Shown here piece by piece: positions 10,701-20,363 of a stretch of 64,000 bases of DNA. Source of the stretch: a virus (lineage: Duplodnaviria; Heunggongvirae; Uroviricota; Caudoviricetes; Crassvirales). Positions within the stretch are counted from its first letter, which is position 1. The number at the start of each line of letters is the position of its first letter. The stretch lies in IMG/VR virus record IMGVR_UViG_3300046331_000154; one strand, written 5' to 3'. The translations under genes and the position numbers were made by a program. The notes under the pieces were generated by a model. That model was given only the letters and a program-made list of their open reading frames with translations, had not been told where the DNA came from and did not search any database.

Positions 10701-12335
10701 AATAACTTTTTGACCCATAGAAGTATTACCTTCTCCCTTTAAAGGATTTTGATAAACATCTTCTTTAAATAACACACTTAATGCGTGTTTGTTTTGATTT
10801 TCAATTGAAGCCGTAGCATCTTTAACTAATCCCTTATCAAATCTATCAAAAGCTGTATTAAATTCCCCTAATCTAGCAATAATTGTTTCAGGTGTTACCT
10901 CATAAGAATTACCATTATTAGTTAAATAGTAATTAAATGAATTTTCATCTAAATTAAATCCTAAATCTGTAATAATATTGTAAAATAAATCTTGTCCCTC
11001 TTTACTTAATTGTGTGCGTTGGTCTAATAATTGTTTTGTAGGTGTTTTACCATCTGTTGTAGCTCTAGCTATTGCTAAATCAACATTGTTTAATTTAGTG
11101 TAAACACCATTTTCTGTACGAAATAAATCAAAATATTTCTGTCTTAATTTAGAATAAGCTACTAAATTAAATGAATATGTGTTTGTTTTTTCATCAAATA
11201 TAGTAAATTTAGTTTTAAATTCTACACCTGCTTGTTCTAACACTTTAGTTTTTTTAGTAGAAGATTCTGCAGAATTAGTTGATTTATAACTATTATTTGA
11301 TAAATTAACCTCCATTGTATCTTGAGTCATTTTACCTAAATTTCCAAAAGCTTGAAAAAATTGTGCTTGTAAATTTGGACTAGAAGAATTTAATGAATTT
11401 AATAAATGTATTATATAAGGTTTTGTAGAAGACATTTTATTTAATTTGTCTTTCATAACATCTAACACATTTACGGCTTGTCCATCAGAAGTTAACAACT
11501 TAGGAATACCTGCTAATTCAGACTGTACTTCATTCCATATTGTATCAAATGGAACCATACTATCACCTACAAAAAATATAGAGGTATTTGTTTTATCTGG
11601 TAATAATGACAACATTAATTTAATGTTACCAGTAGCATTATCTTTACTATTTCTTTCTACACTACCTTTACCTACAATAGCACCACTTTCTTCTTGTTGT
11701 TCTTGTGTAACACTATCGTCATCATCTTCATTTTCAGTGTATGATAAATTTACAGAATTTAAAAAGTCTTTTACTTCTAATACAAAGTCATCTGTAAATT
11801 CTTTAAACAATTCATAAACATCTGTATTATCTGGTCGTTCAATAATTTGATTATCAAAAAACGCAACTACTTCATCTTTAATATTAAATTTTAAATTATT
11901 AAAATCTGTAATATCATCTTCAGTATTTTTGTATTTGTCAAAAATATATTTAGTAATCATTACTTTAGCATCGTTTTTAATACTTGTAATTTGATTTTTA
12001 AACATATCAAAAGCATTTAATCCCTCAAAACGAGTATTGTTGATAAACATTTTGTTGTTGTCTTTATCAATAACATACATTTTGTTACTACTATCTGTAA
12101 ATAGTTTAGGACCTCCATTAAAATCAAAACGATTATCTTCAGGATATTGTGTTTGTGTCCAATCACCAAATGCTTCTTTAAAACTATCGGAAAAGAAATA
12201 ACTAACTTGTGAATCTAAAAAATTAGACATATTTTCATCTAATTCTTCATATTCATCAAGTTTATAATATTTCATTAACTGTTTAGATAATTCTAATTCG
12301 TTATTTGTATGTGGATTTATAAATTTACAACTCAT
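4761..12335 (-). CDS. virion-packaged giant DNA-dependent RNA polymerase (crAss-like, gp66-type), 2524 aa
   Basis: The very large ORF contains ...YTGITTKTGSDFDVDKMFVFLP... (residues 1423-1427, nt 8055-8069). This is a DxDxD aspartate triad of the kind used as the metal-binding site in two-barrel RNAPs and in the phi14:2 gp66-type phage RNAPs. It sits between two other giant genes, as expected for the RNAP/cargo block. Confidence 0.6.
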   Translation of the reverse strand: MSCKFINPHTNNELELSKQLMKYYKLDEYEELDENMSNFLDSQVSYFFSDSFKEAFGDWTQTQYPEDNRFDFNGGPKLFTDSSNKMYVIDKDNNKMFINNTRFEGLNAFDMFKNQITSIKNDAKVMITKYIFDKYKNTEDDITDFNNLKFNIKDEVVAFFDNQIIERPDNTDVYELFKEFTDDFVLEVKDFLNSVNLSYTENEDDDDSVTQEQQEESGAIVGKGSVERNSKDNATGNIKLMLSLLPDKTNTSIFFVGDSMVPFDTIWNEVQSELAGIPKLLTSDGQAVNVLDVMKDKLNKMSSTKPYIIHLLNSLNSSSPNLQAQFFQAFGNLGKMTQDTMEVNLSNNSYKSTNSAESSTKKTKVLEQAGVEFKTKFTIFDEKTNTYSFNLVAYSKLRQKYFDLFRTENGVYTKLNNVDLAIARATTDGKTPTKQLLDQRTQLSKEGQDLFYNIITDLGFNLDENSFNYYLTNNGNSYEVTPETIIARLGEFNTAFDRFDKGLVKDATASIENQNKHALSVLFKEDVYQNPLKGEGNTSMGQKVIVQIAEAIAKFDTEMSENMVMSGNKSIWAYSLMSQLSDTINILNNSTQEVEKRLKLAYSRHSVYLKQLQKGKLVKLHRTNSMMEKDKADGSVDNTNTSKGDAIVRDVFESLLGKKVNGKSLYPTAVPSDKGTALKTQTDFFLNTNVRREDDKVIVNDETLNIFRGYINDELSVAIEAKKHIDNNTDAVTGKVDTSNLVQYLHTDANGNVFDILTHGGKSIFDKNFTDKVDRTNIQDIQRYIDNNLDNSYRKIYVGGAFKNYMIQSLSPKSLSQGKYKEAFGLFYNEDFSPIDIDVIKNINNDTLTPKQIAFLNSYLTNTLSEVIKEHGKKLIEAGIFEKNGARGKFDKELYDLYFDKDLGPIGTMTQIVSDYAINSVIAQIEYSKIYNGSINNHKNIVDYFKRAAKAYIDGKGLLLGLEHNDHLSKIAVLQDIETSSPYIDEMGLSTDEKDFATKHYGNNKINQADAQAYITPERWKFLLERLGQWDNISKDIWDKIQLMESGKTVEFTKDELKHLSTKPLKGVYFNNDENNPLYLKYSQSVLLKSFVKGSPLEKLLDKMRDPNNPIDEAIMQSGVKVGAQFANENVSEAILNNKPFELKAITIDNRFWKLQQDLPNKGIKDTLLGSQLQKNIFDNFKFDTNYIFNNNTYSGAEVYNNIHSIIGEKSNRAIEDFRKKFEIGDDYVINNWGEFAKDIADQLRKEKIDENVIQAVEKELTPYVIPQARDKVLSTIMSIINKAAIKLKTNGTSLIQMSNYGLDQNLADETGVLWIKDKQQLAEPRKILIDDKPTVLPGQVFISGNLLSNYIPNWRDYSLDELFGADRQGGMFPKEVLQLLGYRIPNQAMSSNDALEIVGILPDTYIDTVVAYTGITTKTGSDFDVDKMFVFLPSFKKSNVGVEYENYNNDLSITEQSEGALNNRLFEMYYGILTHPDNYTNLITPIDHPHIKDFINKKLFPTSENLNDLQAFSPLYQIDLKYGFIAGGFGIGQVANNLVNSVMNQNVQMSLDNYIGWGNFKNTSENKQTVFEMKSDKGYYDESNKYSISASLTAVLNAFVDIAKDDYITKANWNTQTTNTGLFLIRAGVHPDKVLAFLAQPALVEMVSKISEKEGITSKIKDSANVVDDLKKEYLDKLQKSLNFNKDNFDNLLKVIEEKKQSKLIDGVLSNNKITTRSANELATHVNINTGEKTPQYYLDQYLTLKEYENLKPTVKEFTKMVSASKYGERGVGKRLTEFLSQRNKTSDVLNKGVIQGFISMLYNKEQIDNGYTSLGVHQKNSETFFTNLVQSNPRIFLTAGNYFSNIMNEMSAEIHKNKKYLDDDNLGKIFEQSFYTMITSQSKVFALDNKNNEFDVLFKKAPKDKMHLVEQMVLARESFRNTKTPNFLLENIEIKEDGEFAFLGIDSRKGSTNGFKEKAADAWRDLEKDNPDLSDNLVKYSYHQSGFKYNANQMYQFIPHEVFVKNRMNNYIDNVYNRIVENKIDPEVLQDQIYRHNWNNSTIVPVIKNEDIVQTSSNTPRIYANNAGFRLKYDSNRHSNQNEKVKTFPKFVTYNNLLYKLDSYIEVVKDKETVSEPVYFITHKLGYKSKQGQFHEYSMRDNKQSSKFNGNNVMTNEVVESINTIKNTDAFQTAVSHSEFGKTENEFVIEQLLFERDNVVEIETEVKSENKSTIVKNNWTKDLPKENLDTAYIFTENINSIGSTRIGGGSAIIRNNPNAIGIVTKKYYVYSEDRKGENITSKGSEFAKKLTNVGNTVGLNYKGKEYVNSEHAYQTWKSEEFNQAGYDLKGGKVRRGKIGDTLFIMTDILTEKLKQHPNLVQGINERGGLAYIKESTHNIISDKFWESVGENNFIKALTKAAENAGVAKDWNQDFQDTAADFELFKKVNLEQFVKIDKYENKIFPQGFASNLAKIPTRFAEWLQNELLNRYGLITELNFNKTGLISKSIQSTIKNSTTAKSEQLSLFKDLPGTLEDIPTTSNC

Positions 12336-12338
12336 AAT

Positions 12339-15300
12339 TTAACATTTAGTTGGTGGTTTATTATCTAAACCTTTTTTCTTTTTAAGACTTTTTAATTGAT
12401 TTAATCCTTCTTCAGTTATAGCTTCTGTTTTATAACTCTCATCCAAAGATACATTAACATTATCAGAAATCAAAATGTTTTGTGTATTATTTTCTAATGT
12501 TGTTTGGTTAGACTGTAATGCTTTTAGTTCTGCAGTAACATCTATATTTCCAACAACATCTTTAATTGTTTTTGATTTATTATCAATTAATGCATTAATA
12601 TTAGGTAATGAATAAAACTTAGAATCACCCTCAGAAGTAATTATATTTAATAAAGATTTGTTATTTTTTAAATTTTTAATTTCTCTTTCTATATTTCCTT
12701 TACTATTTACTGTTTGAGTAATTTGTAAATTACCAATTTTTACATTTTTAATAATAATCTTTTTAACATTTTCATTAACTGGAGATACTTTTACCCTCTC
12801 ACCTTCGGACGGTTTTTGTACTTTTTTAATAACAGTAACATTACTATCAACATAAACATTAATATCACCACTAAAAGGTTGTAGTGTGTCTATATTTATA
12901 CTTGTTACTTCTTCTAATAAGTACTTTTTATATTCTTGACTGTTAATAAAATCACTTGTAAGATATTCTATTTTAGTATTTTGACGTTTTTTAGTAGTTA
13001 AAAAATCTAAAAAATCTTGTTCAGACATTTTACCACCTTCAAATGATAACACACCTTCTTGACCAATTATAATTTCACCATTTTGATATTTAGTTGTGTA
13101 AGGTTTAGTTTCACCTTCTAATGTAATATTATCGTGTATAAACAATGTCATAAAATTACCTATAGAAGTTTGGTCACCATTTTTAAATAATTGAAATTCT
13201 CTTTGAAAATTTTTCTCAATTAAATCTTTTAATGTAGAATCTATTTTATATAAATCACTTAATTTAGCATTATTTTGTCCAAGTCTAATTCCTCCTTCAG
13301 GATTTTGATTATAATCATAAAGTGCTTTATACACTTTGTAAATCATTTGTGCTTGTTCTGTAGTAATTTTTCTAACATTTAATTTAACAGGTGTTGCTAT
13401 ACCACCAGGTGAGTGTATAATTGTATATACATAACCTTTTTGTTTAGATGGGTTTTTTAATGGAAATGGAAATTCTACTTTTTTATCAACAGTTGTATTT
13501 TTTTCATTGATAATATTACCATCAATATCTTGTACCCAAAATAGTTTTACATCTTTTGATTTACCATCAAATTCTTTAATATTTATTATTTTATTTTCAA
13601 CAGTTGCATCTAAATAAGTTAATTTACCACCTTTTTGATATTGTATTTTAGATGTTACATTTTCATAACCATGTTTAATAATAGCATCTACTATTAGTTT
13701 TCTAGCTTGATAGGTTGTTATATCGGGCGACGCTTGGTCTGTTAAAGACGCAATAAATGTAAATGTATTTTTATCAACATTTACTTGTAATGGTAAATGT
13801 CTATACATAAAATCTAATTGCTCATTAGTATAATTTACATATTTAGCATCTAAATATCTTAATGCTATTTTATTTGAATTATTTAAATAAGCAGGTTTAG
13901 TAAATGTTACAACTGTATCTTTTACACTTTTAAAATTATTAATAAAATTTCTAAAAGGTTCTAAAATATATTGTGAAAATTTACCAGAAGTATTACCACT
14001 TCTATCAATACCCATAGTTGCAACACCAGGAAATTGTAATTTATCACCTTTTTCTAAATTTTGCAATTCAATAGGAACTTCTATAATTTCATCTTCAACA
14101 ATCCCTTCAACAACTAAATCTGTTAAATCTTCTTGTTTAGATTCATTTGTATCTATTACTTTTTCTTTATCGAGATTATTTAATGCATCTAATTCATCTT
14201 TATGTACATATTCACCTGTTTCAGTATCTTGATACCAATCTTCCATACCTTCTAAATCAACAGCTTGATATTTACTTCTTATTTCTTCTTTAACTTCTTC
14301 ATTGTTTTTAGTTAAAGTTTCTTTATCTGCTATAACAATTTCTTTCTTTTTATCATCAGCTAATTGATTTATTACCTCTGCTGTTTGAGGATCTACGGTT
14401 GTATTATTAATACTTTCGTCAATTTCATCAATAGTTTGTGCTGCAGCAATAGCTTCTGTGATAGCATCAGCGTTAGCTACATTTTCTGCAGAATTATTAT
14501 CACGTGTTATTTTATTATCATTAACAATTTTATCAAACGCTTCTTGTTGTTTTTTAGGATTCCACAAATCTAAATTAGTTTGTTTAACATCTTCCAATAA
14601 AGAATTGTGATAATTTTCTAATTCTTGTTCTTTAGCAAATCGCATATCTCTTGTTGCTAATTGTGAACGTAATCTTTCATTTTCTAAATTAGTTCTATCT
14701 AAACCGTGTTGAGATAATAAATCATTTATTTTTTTATTGTGAACATCTAAAGCTTTTGAAGCTTCAAATTGTTTCATAGTATTCATTTTATTAGTGTTTA
14801 CAAGAGTATTATAAAATTTTTGTAAATCTTCTGGTGTAGCGTCTTTATTTTTAAGATCTAATACAGGTTGTGCATAACTAATAAATTGTTCATGAGCTTT
14901 TTGTGTAACATTAGCTTTTTCCATAATAGATTTTTTACGATCTTCTGGAAGTTTGCTGTCTTTTAAGTATTCTGATAATATATTTAGACCGTCTTGACTA
15001 TCAGCAATAAAAGAGTTTACAAGTCTTGCCTCAGCAAGTTGTTGTAAATATTCTATTGTTTCAACATCATTTTCAGCAACAGCTTTATCCCAAATTTTAC
15101 TATCATCTTCAGTGATTTTAATATTTGTTAATAGTGTATCTCTTTTTACAGGATCTATTACTTTTTTACCATTTACTAATTCATATTCATTTTCACCAGT
15201 TTCAGGATTTATTTCTTCTGTTCTTTTATAAATATCAGAATTAATTTGAGCAAAATATGCTTCTGCTTCTACACCTTTATCTAACAGTCTATTAATTCTA

Positions 15301-16721
15301 TCTATTTCTAAACCATCATCTGTTTGTCTAACTTTTGTAGGTAAACCTGTTTCAGGATCTGTAATCGTTCTACCCAATGCTAATTGTTTAGCACTTCTAG
15401 CCGCTACAGAACCATAACCTAATATACCACCTAACGCAATAGCTTTTTGTCCTTCAGTAGTAGTAACCATGTCAGCATATTCTTCACCAAATTCTTTTAA
15501 ATTAAAATCATTTAATGTATCACCTGTTAATTCTCCTTGTTTAGCTTTTCCCGATAGATAATTTTCAATTGTAGATTGTGTACCTTCTTCAACAAAACCT
15601 TCATTTAAAAACATTTTACCCGCTTTTGAGGGTATGTCTTTAAGTCTATCAACTAATGTTCTCGATGCAATAGATTTTTCAATATTACCTTCTGCATTAT
15701 GTATAGCTTGTGAACCTACTTTTTTTGTAGCTGATTCCCCCGCAAGTCCTAACATTTTAGTATTTGCAAAGTTTGTTACAGCTAATAATCCCATATTCAT
15801 CCAAAATGATTCTTTTCCTACAGAACCTTTTTGTTGATTAAATTCAGTTTCTAAATTTGCAATTTTAAATTTTGCTTGTTCAGAATTAATTTTACCAGTT
15901 TCTAATTCTTTTTGAATCTTAGAAGTTTTACTTTTTATCCAATCAGGTTTATAATTATTAAACGCTTCCATTTGACTACCTGATTCAGCTGCAGCTTCTG
16001 CAAAAGTATTAAACATTGTAATACCTATTTCATCAGCTTTTAAACCTAAATTAGCAGCATTAGTCATCATATTTGTACCAGACATAAATTCTTCACCTGC
16101 TCTAAATCCTCCTACTAAAGATTTAAATTTGTTTGCACCACCAAGTGCTTTAAAAGCAGCACCTGGGGCAAACATTGATAACATAAATCCTAATCCATCA
16201 GCACCTTCTGTAGCATAAAAATCTATAGATGATAAATTATCCCATAAGTTACCTTCAGATACTGCTTTTTTTACATATACTGGAAGTAATTCATTATTTA
16301 TATCTTCGTTTAAAGCATTTAAAGCTTTATGTCCAGCATTATTAAAAGCTGTTTCCCAACCTTGACCATCTTCAGCAAATGGTGATGCTATAATACCACC
16401 AATTGTAGGAGCTAATTTAGCAATTTCTATTCCTGCTTTTACACCTATTCTAGCAATACCTGCAGATGCTTTAGCCCCCCAAGATTGATTTTGTGCGCGG
16501 TGTTCGTTTACAGATTCTTCAATATTATCTGTATTTACTTCATATGCCCAATTTAAATCTTTATCATATTTAGATTCTCCATAAGAACCAAGATTATAAT
16601 TTACTTTATTTCGAGAAAGTTCCGTATAGTGTGATAAACCTGTTTTCTTTCTTTTAGGATTGTTAACGTGTTGTGCTATTTTTAAAAAATCAGAATTTCC
16701 ATTTATTTCTTCATCTTCCAT
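12339..16721 (-). CDS. giant virion protein (1460 aa), possibly an ejected cargo or tail-internal protein
   Basis: A long ORF with an N-proximal glycine-zipper-like hydrophobic segment (GIARIGVKAGIEIAKLAPTIGGIIASPF). It is translationally coupled to the RNAP gene with a 3-nt gap. Confidence 0.45.
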   Translation of the reverse strand: MEDEEINGNSDFLKIAQHVNNPKRKKTGLSHYTELSRNKVNYNLGSYGESKYDKDLNWAYEVNTDNIEESVNEHRAQNQSWGAKASAGIARIGVKAGIEIAKLAPTIGGIIASPFAEDGQGWETAFNNAGHKALNALNEDINNELLPVYVKKAVSEGNLWDNLSSIDFYATEGADGLGFMLSMFAPGAAFKALGGANKFKSLVGGFRAGEEFMSGTNMMTNAANLGLKADEIGITMFNTFAEAAAESGSQMEAFNNYKPDWIKSKTSKIQKELETGKINSEQAKFKIANLETEFNQQKGSVGKESFWMNMGLLAVTNFANTKMLGLAGESATKKVGSQAIHNAEGNIEKSIASRTLVDRLKDIPSKAGKMFLNEGFVEEGTQSTIENYLSGKAKQGELTGDTLNDFNLKEFGEEYADMVTTTEGQKAIALGGILGYGSVAARSAKQLALGRTITDPETGLPTKVRQTDDGLEIDRINRLLDKGVEAEAYFAQINSDIYKRTEEINPETGENEYELVNGKKVIDPVKRDTLLTNIKITEDDSKIWDKAVAENDVETIEYLQQLAEARLVNSFIADSQDGLNILSEYLKDSKLPEDRKKSIMEKANVTQKAHEQFISYAQPVLDLKNKDATPEDLQKFYNTLVNTNKMNTMKQFEASKALDVHNKKINDLLSQHGLDRTNLENERLRSQLATRDMRFAKEQELENYHNSLLEDVKQTNLDLWNPKKQQEAFDKIVNDNKITRDNNSAENVANADAITEAIAAAQTIDEIDESINNTTVDPQTAEVINQLADDKKKEIVIADKETLTKNNEEVKEEIRSKYQAVDLEGMEDWYQDTETGEYVHKDELDALNNLDKEKVIDTNESKQEDLTDLVVEGIVEDEIIEVPIELQNLEKGDKLQFPGVATMGIDRSGNTSGKFSQYILEPFRNFINNFKSVKDTVVTFTKPAYLNNSNKIALRYLDAKYVNYTNEQLDFMYRHLPLQVNVDKNTFTFIASLTDQASPDITTYQARKLIVDAIIKHGYENVTSKIQYQKGGKLTYLDATVENKIINIKEFDGKSKDVKLFWVQDIDGNIINEKNTTVDKKVEFPFPLKNPSKQKGYVYTIIHSPGGIATPVKLNVRKITTEQAQMIYKVYKALYDYNQNPEGGIRLGQNNAKLSDLYKIDSTLKDLIEKNFQREFQLFKNGDQTSIGNFMTLFIHDNITLEGETKPYTTKYQNGEIIIGQEGVLSFEGGKMSEQDFLDFLTTKKRQNTKIEYLTSDFINSQEYKKYLLEEVTSINIDTLQPFSGDINVYVDSNVTVIKKVQKPSEGERVKVSPVNENVKKIIIKNVKIGNLQITQTVNSKGNIEREIKNLKNNKSLLNIITSEGDSKFYSLPNINALIDNKSKTIKDVVGNIDVTAELKALQSNQTTLENNTQNILISDNVNVSLDESYKTEAITEEGLNQLKSLKKKKGLDNKPPTKC

Positions 16722-16723
16722 AA

Positions 16724-18484
16724 TTATCTGTTATTACTTATAATTAATGCTTCTTGGAATTTATTTTCATCCATGTTATTAATACTTACAGTTTTTTTAT
16801 TACTAACATCGTAATAATTAATATCATATGTTTTTTTAGTAGAATTATATTTTACTTCAAAATCTTTTATATTTTTTCCTTGATTTCCTGAAATTAAATC
16901 ATCTCTAAATTGAGCATATATTCCAGGTCTGTTTTTTACAGTATTTGCAATATTATAAAAATCAACACCTCCTTTATACTCTGATTTATCAAAATCATTA
17001 ATACTTCTAGATACATATACAGGTACATGTACAACTTTATCTCCATCTTTTTTTGTAATATAACCTGTATGTGCAAGTTTGTTAGATCTTGAATCGTAAG
17101 CGCTAAATGCAGTAATTGTAGATTCTGCCGTTAAATCACCTGTGTAAGTAAAAGATTCCATATCTTCAGCTTCAATTTTTTCTCCATTTTCAGTTACTGC
17201 TAAAAGTTCATTTCTTTTTAATTTATCTGTTAAATTTTCAGAAGCTTTTGTCTTATCCTTAGGTATTGATTTATTAGCAAATAAATTTCCTGAAACACTC
17301 ACATTGGGATCTATTCTTGCATTTTGAATTCCAACACCTGTATTATTTGTTAAGTATTCTACAACGGCTTTTCTTTCTTCTATACTTCCAGGTTTAAAAT
17401 TCTTACCATTTTTTCTATTTAATCCGTAAGCAATAGCTTTATAATCAGGATCTTGTATTATATCACTATTTTTAGTCCACACATTTGTTGAATTACCATT
17501 ACGTCCAGTATTTAAATCTAAATATTTTGGTGAACCAGATGAAGAATTTCCTAATGTTAATTTTTCTAATAAATTTTTATTTTTATTTTGAACAGTAATT
17601 TCAGGTAGTGGTACATTTTCACCATCTAAAGTGTTATTTGTTTTATTACCAATAAAAGTAGCACTTGTATTAGAATCTTTAGTAACACCAGATTCACGTT
17701 GTGAATACATTGTGTTAGTAAAATAATTTTTAAATTCTTCAGCGTTTTTACCTGCTTCAATATTAAATAAAGTACCTTCTCCTGTAGGTTGTATCCATTT
17801 TGAATTTAGTGCTTTTTCTGCATTTTTAAGTTGTTCAAAATTATTATTTGTAACTGTTTTACCAGAACTGTTTACCATTACTAATCCTTCAGGTCTTTCT
17901 ATAATTTGATAACCAGATCCAGCAATACTGCTTGTTGTTTTACCCATTAAATCATGAAACTCTTTAACATCTTTCATAAAATCTTGATTTGCTACAATAC
18001 CTTTAGGGTCAATATTTACTATTTCATTTTTATCATTAACACCTGTATAATTTTTTCTATGCTGATTCCATAAATTTAATGCTTGTGTACTACCATATTG
18101 TTTAGACGCGGCTTCTAAAAATCTTGTTTTTTCTGCAGCTTCTGCAACATATGCATTATTAATTTTAGAAACTTCTCCCATAGGATCATTTAACTTTTTA
18201 TATTCTCTTTGTAAATCTAAAAATTTACTTTTAGAACCTTGTATATCTCCTGTTTTAGTTTGATAATTTGCAAGCGCATCAACTTTAGACATGTATTCAT
18301 CATTAAGTTTTTTAGCTCTTTCTGTATGAACATCTAAGGGATTAACCTTAAACATTTCTGCTTGTTTAACACGTGCTTCTTCTAAAGCATCATAAACTTT
18401 TTGCTTGTAAAGTGGTGCCGCAATTATTTCTTGCATAGATAACGGATCATACTGTGCAACGTTGTATTGACTATATCTATTCAT
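16724..18484 (-). CDS. virion structural protein (586 aa), hypothetical
   Basis: An ORF in the structural operon with tight spacing. Confidence 0.4.
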   Translation of the reverse strand: MNRYSQYNVAQYDPLSMQEIIAAPLYKQKVYDALEEARVKQAEMFKVNPLDVHTERAKKLNDEYMSKVDALANYQTKTGDIQGSKSKFLDLQREYKKLNDPMGEVSKINNAYVAEAAEKTRFLEAASKQYGSTQALNLWNQHRKNYTGVNDKNEIVNIDPKGIVANQDFMKDVKEFHDLMGKTTSSIAGSGYQIIERPEGLVMVNSSGKTVTNNNFEQLKNAEKALNSKWIQPTGEGTLFNIEAGKNAEEFKNYFTNTMYSQRESGVTKDSNTSATFIGNKTNNTLDGENVPLPEITVQNKNKNLLEKLTLGNSSSGSPKYLDLNTGRNGNSTNVWTKNSDIIQDPDYKAIAYGLNRKNGKNFKPGSIEERKAVVEYLTNNTGVGIQNARIDPNVSVSGNLFANKSIPKDKTKASENLTDKLKRNELLAVTENGEKIEAEDMESFTYTGDLTAESTITAFSAYDSRSNKLAHTGYITKKDGDKVVHVPVYVSRSINDFDKSEYKGGVDFYNIANTVKNRPGIYAQFRDDLISGNQGKNIKDFEVKYNSTKKTYDINYYDVSNKKTVSINNMDENKFQEALIISNNR

Positions 18485-18485
18485 A

Positions 18486-20363
18486 TTATTTATTATTACG
18501 TTTTGTATACATTGTGTTTATGTGATCTAACACATTTTGATTAAGATAACCACCTTTAGCTGATTTATTTACAACTTCTTTTCCATCTTTGTCATAAATC
18601 ATAACACCTTCTTTATTAAAAGTGTTACCTTGTTTATCTTTATAAGCACCATTTATAGGATTTCCTTTGTAATCATATATTAAACCCATTCTTTCAGGAG
18701 CTTTTTTATAAAATTCTTCTTTACCAATACCATTTAAATTTTGTGCAATACCAGAAATTAAATTAGATTTTTGAGTGTCATATGCTCCCATATTTCTATC
18801 ATTAATATCTTGTTGACTATTGGATTGTTGTAAATTAACTTGATCAACACCTAAGTTAAATTGTTGTGCTGCAGCATCTTGTTGTGCATTTTGTTGTTCA
18901 GCATTCATATAAGCATTAGATAAAGCCTTAGTTTTATTTAATTGTGATGCTAACATTGCGGCTCTAGATTGTCCTTGTGATGCACCAGATTGTTGTATTG
19001 CACTGTTAACATTATTTAATTCTTGATTAACAATATTTTGTTGTTGTGCTAAATCTACATAATTTGGTTTATATCTATTACCGAGTTTATCTAAAGATAC
19101 ATTTGTTGGTTTTTTAAGATTTTTTAATTGTAATGCATTTGTGACTGCTGGAGCATAACGAAGTAAATCTGAATTATTTTTTAAAAAATCTAAAGGATTT
19201 GTTTTAGTTGATTTTTTTTTTAATACATCTTTACTATTTACAACACCGTTTAAATCTGCATCACCAATTTTATAATTGTGATACCCTAATTTTTTAGAAT
19301 CTTGAATACTTTGAATTGTGTTAGGATCTTCACCATAATTATTTAAAATATTTAAATCTTTATAGTTTTTTGGAAATGGTCCACCATCAACATATTTATT
19401 TATTTCACCACCATAACTTAATTGTTCAATAGGTTGATTAGTTTGTGTATTTAAATTACGTCTATATTGTTGACCTTGTGGTGAATTCATATATGTATTA
19501 TATCCATTTTGATTAACAAATTCTCTATTTATATTTGGATTAAATCCAGCATCTCCAGGTTTTTTACCATAATATAAATAATGTCCTGCTTCACCAGATG
19601 TACCATGTTGTACACCACCTTGTTCTCCTACAGCATATTTAAATCTATCTGATTGTACAGTAGGATTAGTATTTGACACAATAGAATTGTTTATTGATTG
19701 ATTTTTAGTAATTTTAAGAGGATCTATTTCACCACCCATTGCAAAATAATTATCAGACAGTCTTCTATTTGTAACTGTAGCAAAATTATTTGTATTTTCA
19801 TTAGTAGCTTTTTTAGCTTTATTTGAACCTAATACTCCTGCAATTCCTCCAACTAACGCTCCTACACCTGCACCAATTGGACCAAATGCCATTCCTGCAC
19901 TAGCTCCCTTTAATGCTGCTCCCCCAATCATTGCACCAGAGTCTACAGATGTCGATGCAAATTGTCCAGAAGTGTCTATGTTAGATTTACCAAAAGCTGT
20001 TTTTGCAAGATCTACACCTGAAAGAAGTGTGTTTACTCCTGCACCAAGTGCCGCTGTTTTTTGTGCACCAGTTGATTCATCACCAAATGCTTGACCTATA
20101 GTACTATCTGCAAAACCACCTCCAGCCATTTGATTAGATTGTTCTGGTTGTGTTTTAGAATACTCTTGTGCGTCAGCTAATCTTTTTAACAATTCATTTT
20201 TAGTATTGTTAGAAATCATATCATTACGTCCTTTAAATTTGTCAGATATAGCTTTTGAAGCATCTGCAAACGATTTTCCTTGTATATATAAAGGAAGTTT
20301 AAAACGATTTATTAATTCTTTATTATTTGTGTTCATAGTTATATATTTATATATGAAAAACAT
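18486..20363 (-). CDS. Gly/Asn/Gln-rich structural protein (625 aa)
   Basis: Low-complexity Gly/Ala stretches (GAGVGALVGGIAGVLG) and N/Q-rich segments, typical of tail or injection proteins. Confidence 0.4.
   Translation of the reverse strand: MFFIYKYITMNTNNKELINRFKLPLYIQGKSFADASKAISDKFKGRNDMISNNTKNELLKRLADAQEYSKTQPEQSNQMAGGGFADSTIGQAFGDESTGAQKTAALGAGVNTLLSGVDLAKTAFGKSNIDTSGQFASTSVDSGAMIGGAALKGASAGMAFGPIGAGVGALVGGIAGVLGSNKAKKATNENTNNFATVTNRRLSDNYFAMGGEIDPLKITKNQSINNSIVSNTNPTVQSDRFKYAVGEQGGVQHGTSGEAGHYLYYGKKPGDAGFNPNINREFVNQNGYNTYMNSPQGQQYRRNLNTQTNQPIEQLSYGGEINKYVDGGPFPKNYKDLNILNNYGEDPNTIQSIQDSKKLGYHNYKIGDADLNGVVNSKDVLKKKSTKTNPLDFLKNNSDLLRYAPAVTNALQLKNLKKPTNVSLDKLGNRYKPNYVDLAQQQNIVNQELNNVNSAIQQSGASQGQSRAAMLASQLNKTKALSNAYMNAEQQNAQQDAAAQQFNLGVDQVNLQQSNSQQDINDRNMGAYDTQKSNLISGIAQNLNGIGKEEFYKKAPERMGLIYDYKGNPINGAYKDKQGNTFNKEGVMIYDKDGKEVVNKSAKGGYLNQNVLDHINTMYTKRNNK

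Noticed and set aside
8607-15837. Short + strand ORFs inside the giant minus-strand genes (8607-8819, 10021-10209, 11446-11817, 14364-14573, 15634-15837), and similar ones at 4216-4398, 21555-21749, 26709-26951, 27867-28175, 29988-30197, 36036-36395, 39179-39617, 41373-41693, 43531-43972, 49886-50080, 50483-50743, 50991-51194 and 53059-53244
   Set aside because: All are embedded antisense in long, well-supported minus-strand genes. Their translations are Ile/Phe/Cys/Leu-rich and atypical, and none has an independent start context.
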